Source of the DNA: Candidatus Latescibacterota bacterium
GTDB lineage: Bacteria > Latescibacterota > UBA2968 > UBA8231
Direction of reading: 5' to 3'
DNA length: 64,000 bases
Assembly (NCBI GenBank): GCA_965200315.1
Contig: OZ241362.1
Location: 576,001 to 640,000, forward strand
The first letter of the stretch is position 1. The number at the start of each line of letters is the position of its first letter. The translations under genes were made by a program, and so were the position numbers. The notes under the pieces are model-generated. The model had not been told where the DNA came from. It saw nothing but the letters and a program-made list of their open reading frames with translations, and ran no database searches. Positions 60,969 to 64,000 of the stretch are shown one piece after another.

Positions 60969-62264
60969 TTAGGGCCTCTTAGGGTCCCGCAGGACCTTGT
61001 CGATGGCAGCTCGCACGATTTTTTCCGCCCGGCCCGACACAAAGGCATCTACTGGTTCGTATCCCCCCTCGGCAAAGGAGCGGGCCAAGGTTATGTATCC
61101 GGTCCCCAAATCCCCGTATCCCGCCACCGCGACAAAGGCGTCCGGGCGACTTGCCTGCGCGTGCAGTTGGTATTCGATAAAGATTTCGCCCGGCAAATGG
61201 ACCACCGCCGCCCGGTCGTTGAGGTGCAAACAAGTGACGGGAATGGGCCGCTCGCGGCGGCGCAGATACGTCAGCATGAGGGCGGCTTTGCTGTGTACTT
61301 TGGCTCCGCTAACTGGCGAGGCGATTTGCGCCAGCAGGTTTTCCTCGTCCATATCTTCCCTCGGCGGCAGCCGCACCGGCGCGACCGTCCAGCGCAGATG
61401 CTCCAGCGGCTGCCGAGCACTTTGCTGCTCGGCTTCCAACATAGCCCGGTGGATGCGCTCGGTGAACAATTCCCGGTTGTCGGCCATACAGTCGTTGTAC
61501 TTGCCCGCAGTGACATTGCCCGCACAGCCTGTAAAGTATAGGTGCGGCACACCGCTTTCCGCCCGGCGGCGGTTGCGCGCCAAGCCGACGAACTCGGGCG
61601 TTACCAGGCCAGTGCCGTCCTCGCTGGTGGGATGGACGGCATAGTAGTGCAACAGCACCAAGGCCGTCTCCCCTTGGTAAAAGCCAATCGTCTTGAGCAT
61701 GGGGTCAATGACGCCTTCGGGCGCGGCCCGCGCTTGTGGGTCGCGGCACTGGGTCCAGCGCACCGCAGCCACCTTGCCGTCTGGCCCCATCACCCGCCGA
61801 TTGGAGGCGATCCGCTCGACCTTGGCCTGACCCACCGCCATATCCGTGCAGGGCTGTAGCTTGGTCATGGCCTGGCCTGCTGCTTGCGCCGCTCGCGCCC
61901 GCACCCTTTCGGCCCAAGCGCCGGCCATGATGATATTGGGACGGCCGTGGGCGTCGAGCATGTCTTGGGCATCGCGGTCGGGCCAAGGCGTATCGTGGGC
62001 GTGGATGCAATGCACGGCTACCCGCTCGGCCTCAGTCCCTACGGCTTGGGCCAGTTCCCCGCGCCAGCGGTCGTAATCGCCATTGCTCAACTCAGCCCAG
62101 TCCAAGGCGCACAAGACGATGGGCCGTTGATCGTCCGGCACCAAAATCAGCCCCAAGGCGGACAGCGGGTCGGCGATGCCTTTGGCCGGTGGATACCACC
62201 CCGCACAGAGCGGATGGCCCAGCGGCGGCGTGACGTCGGATTGGAACGTGGCGAGTTGGAGCAT
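60969..62264 (-). CDS. Ceramidase-like hypothetical hydrolase
   Basis: DVTPPLG, IHAHDTP, YAVHP, GCAGN, LPGEIF. Confidence 0.75.
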   Translation of the reverse strand: MLQLATFQSDVTPPLGHPLCAGWYPPAKGIADPLSALGLILVPDDQRPIVLCALDWAELSNGDYDRWRGELAQAVGTEAERVAVHCIHAHDTPWPDRDAQDMLDAHGRPNIIMAGAWAERVRARAAQAAGQAMTKLQPCTDMAVGQAKVERIASNRRVMGPDGKVAAVRWTQCRDPQARAAPEGVIDPMLKTIGFYQGETALVLLHYYAVHPTSEDGTGLVTPEFVGLARNRRRAESGVPHLYFTGCAGNVTAGKYNDCMADNRELFTERIHRAMLEAEQQSARQPLEHLRWTVAPVRLPPREDMDEENLLAQIASPVSGAKVHSKAALMLTYLRRRERPIPVTCLHLNDRAAVVHLPGEIFIEYQLHAQASRPDAFVAVAGYGDLGTGYITLARSFAEGGYEPVDAFVSGRAEKIVRAAIDKVLRDPKRP

Positions 62265-62392
62265 GGTTTTCTCAATGCGGGATGATGGCAGATATTCCGC
62301 GCCGCCCTAATATACGCGGCCACCGCCTTGACAGGCCACCACCCAAATCAATTATTGGAGGCCCATCAGTGCTTTTCCAAGAGGAGCTTCCC

Positions 62393-63616
62393 ATGAAAAT
62401 CGCCCACATCGAGCAAATCCCCATCGCCATGCCTCTAGCCAAGCGCTACGACAATCACGCCGGCCGCATGCGCATGTACGATATGGATCAACATCTAGTG
62501 GTTAAAGTCCACGCCGACAATGGGTTAGTCGGCTACGGTAACTACGAAGATAACCCCAAGCCCGTACCCCAAACCGAGATCGACGCGCTCGTTGGCACCA
62601 ATCCTTTTGACTATCTGCTCAACAATTTCCATGTAGCCTTGGGCATGGCGCTCTACGACCTGATGGGCAAGCACGTAGGCGTACCGGCGTACAAACTAAT
62701 GGGGCAAAAAGTGCGCGACGCCGTCCCTTGCGCCGCTTGGACCCGCCCCTGCCCGCCCGACGTTTTCGCCGGCGAGCTCCAGCGCGCTGTCGAGCAGGGC
62801 TACCGAGTCTTCAAGATGCACTCGGACGCCCGCTACGACGTCGTCGAGCAGACCCGAGCCGCGGAAAAGGTGGCACCGCCCGGCTTCAAACTGCACTGGG
62901 ATCTCAACCACAACCGCACGCTGGGCACAATCCTACCCATTATCGCCGAACTGGAAAAATCGCCGATCGTCGGATTTATCGAAGATCCGCTGGTGTGGAG
63001 CGACATCGACGGCTGGCGCACCCTGCGCGAGAAGACCAAAATCCCCCTCGTCATGCACGTCCCCCAATTGGGCGGCATCCAAGAAGTGATCCGCGGAGTC
63101 GCCGATATCTACATGATCGGCGGACGCATCGGCGACACCCTGACCTCGGGCTTTGCCTACGGCAAGGCCAATGTCCAGTGCCTGATCCAGCAATGCGGCA
63201 ATACCCTGATGAAGGCCCTCACCCTGCACCAAGCCGCAGTCCTGCCCACGGCCTCGGCCCATACCATCAACATAGACGACCAGTTCGAGTCCGACATCGG
63301 CGCAAAAATCCCGGTCGTCGAGGGTTTTTCACTTGTGCCCGAAGGCCCGGGGCTAGGCGTGGAAGTGGACGAAGAAGCCCTAACCCAAGCTGCCGCCCGC
63401 GCCCACCTGCCCAAGTACGACTACATCGGCGTACTGCACTTTGCCGGCGGCCACAAAGCCTACAGCTTGGGCAGCCCCAATATCAACTGCCTGACCGGCA
63501 CTGAAGAGGGCCGCCTTGAGGGCCTCAACTTCGAGTACTGGACCGACGACGGCTCAGCCGAATACGCCCGCGTCCGCAAGCGCTTGCAGGAAGAAGGGCC
63601 GTTTATCGAGGCTTAG
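62393..63616 (+). CDS. Mandelate racemase/MLE family protein
   Basis: SD GAGGAG; ALYDLMGK, FKMH, IEDP, GPGLG. Confidence 0.88.
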   Translation: MKIAHIEQIPIAMPLAKRYDNHAGRMRMYDMDQHLVVKVHADNGLVGYGNYEDNPKPVPQTEIDALVGTNPFDYLLNNFHVALGMALYDLMGKHVGVPAYKLMGQKVRDAVPCAAWTRPCPPDVFAGELQRAVEQGYRVFKMHSDARYDVVEQTRAAEKVAPPGFKLHWDLNHNRTLGTILPIIAELEKSPIVGFIEDPLVWSDIDGWRTLREKTKIPLVMHVPQLGGIQEVIRGVADIYMIGGRIGDTLTSGFAYGKANVQCLIQQCGNTLMKALTLHQAAVLPTASAHTINIDDQFESDIGAKIPVVEGFSLVPEGPGLGVEVDEEALTQAAARAHLPKYDYIGVLHFAGGHKAYSLGSPNINCLTGTEEGRLEGLNFEYWTDDGSAEYARVRKRLQEEGPFIEA

Positions 63617-63870
63617 GAATGCACAAATATACGGCGAGATTCGCCAGTATCGCTGGTTGGGTCTGGAGCTGGGTTGCTTAGCCGAGTGTTGTTTTAGAGG
63701 GCAGGATTCACGGAATCTATAAGGCGGATTCCATCGTTCAACACCGAGGTACGCCGGTCTTTCTTCCGCTCCAATCGATCATATCACGGAACGTCGGCCC
63801 CTGTTTTGCCACCTCTCGCAAGTCTGCTTTTCTGAGGATGGCATTAGCTATCCGTTATCTCACGCGCCGG

Positions 63871-64000
63871 CTATCCCCTGTACCAGTCCCGCAACGCCGG
63901 ATAGAGCGTCCGGTAGCGCTCAAAAGCTCGCCGGTAGTATTCGACCTGCGCCCGGTCGCAGCGCACGGTCTCGGCCAACTTGACCGTGCGCTGACAAGCG
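63871..64000 (-). CDS. C-terminus of an FGGY carbohydrate kinase (xylulokinase-like), partial
   Basis: ...YYRRAFERYRTLYPALRDWYRG*. Confidence 0.6.
   Translation of the reverse strand, partial: ACQRTVKLAETVRCDRAQVEYYRRAFERYRTLYPALRDWYRG

Noticed and set aside
63620-63860. Possible gene remnant between convergent genes
   Set aside because: No assignable motif

Overview
GC-rich bacterial window. Its mix of enolase and amidohydrolase paralogs, Uma2 genes, an IS1595 element with an MTase-HNH gene and many eroded gene stubs resembles uncultured marine or sponge-symbiont lineages; this is inference only. The centrepiece is a complete type III-B CRISPR-Cas locus (5939-26347): cas10/cmr2, cmr3, cmr4, cmr5, a cmr6-cmr1 fusion with an S1-like tail, an Uma2 nuclease, a CARF effector with an unusual C-terminal domain, cas1, cas2, a ~110-spacer array with 37-nt repeats, and cas6. 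Reading the spacers shows many are antisense to Shine-Dalgarno/start-codon regions, and a group of them tiles one conserved 5' leader and N-terminus across variants of an unknown mobile element. The rest is catabolic and transport genes, an eroded TA/defence/IS1595 island (40-48 kb), and an uncharacterised two-gene membrane module beside an AAA-ATPase/DUF4276-like pair (53-56.6 kb). Spacer counts and coordinates were read by eye.
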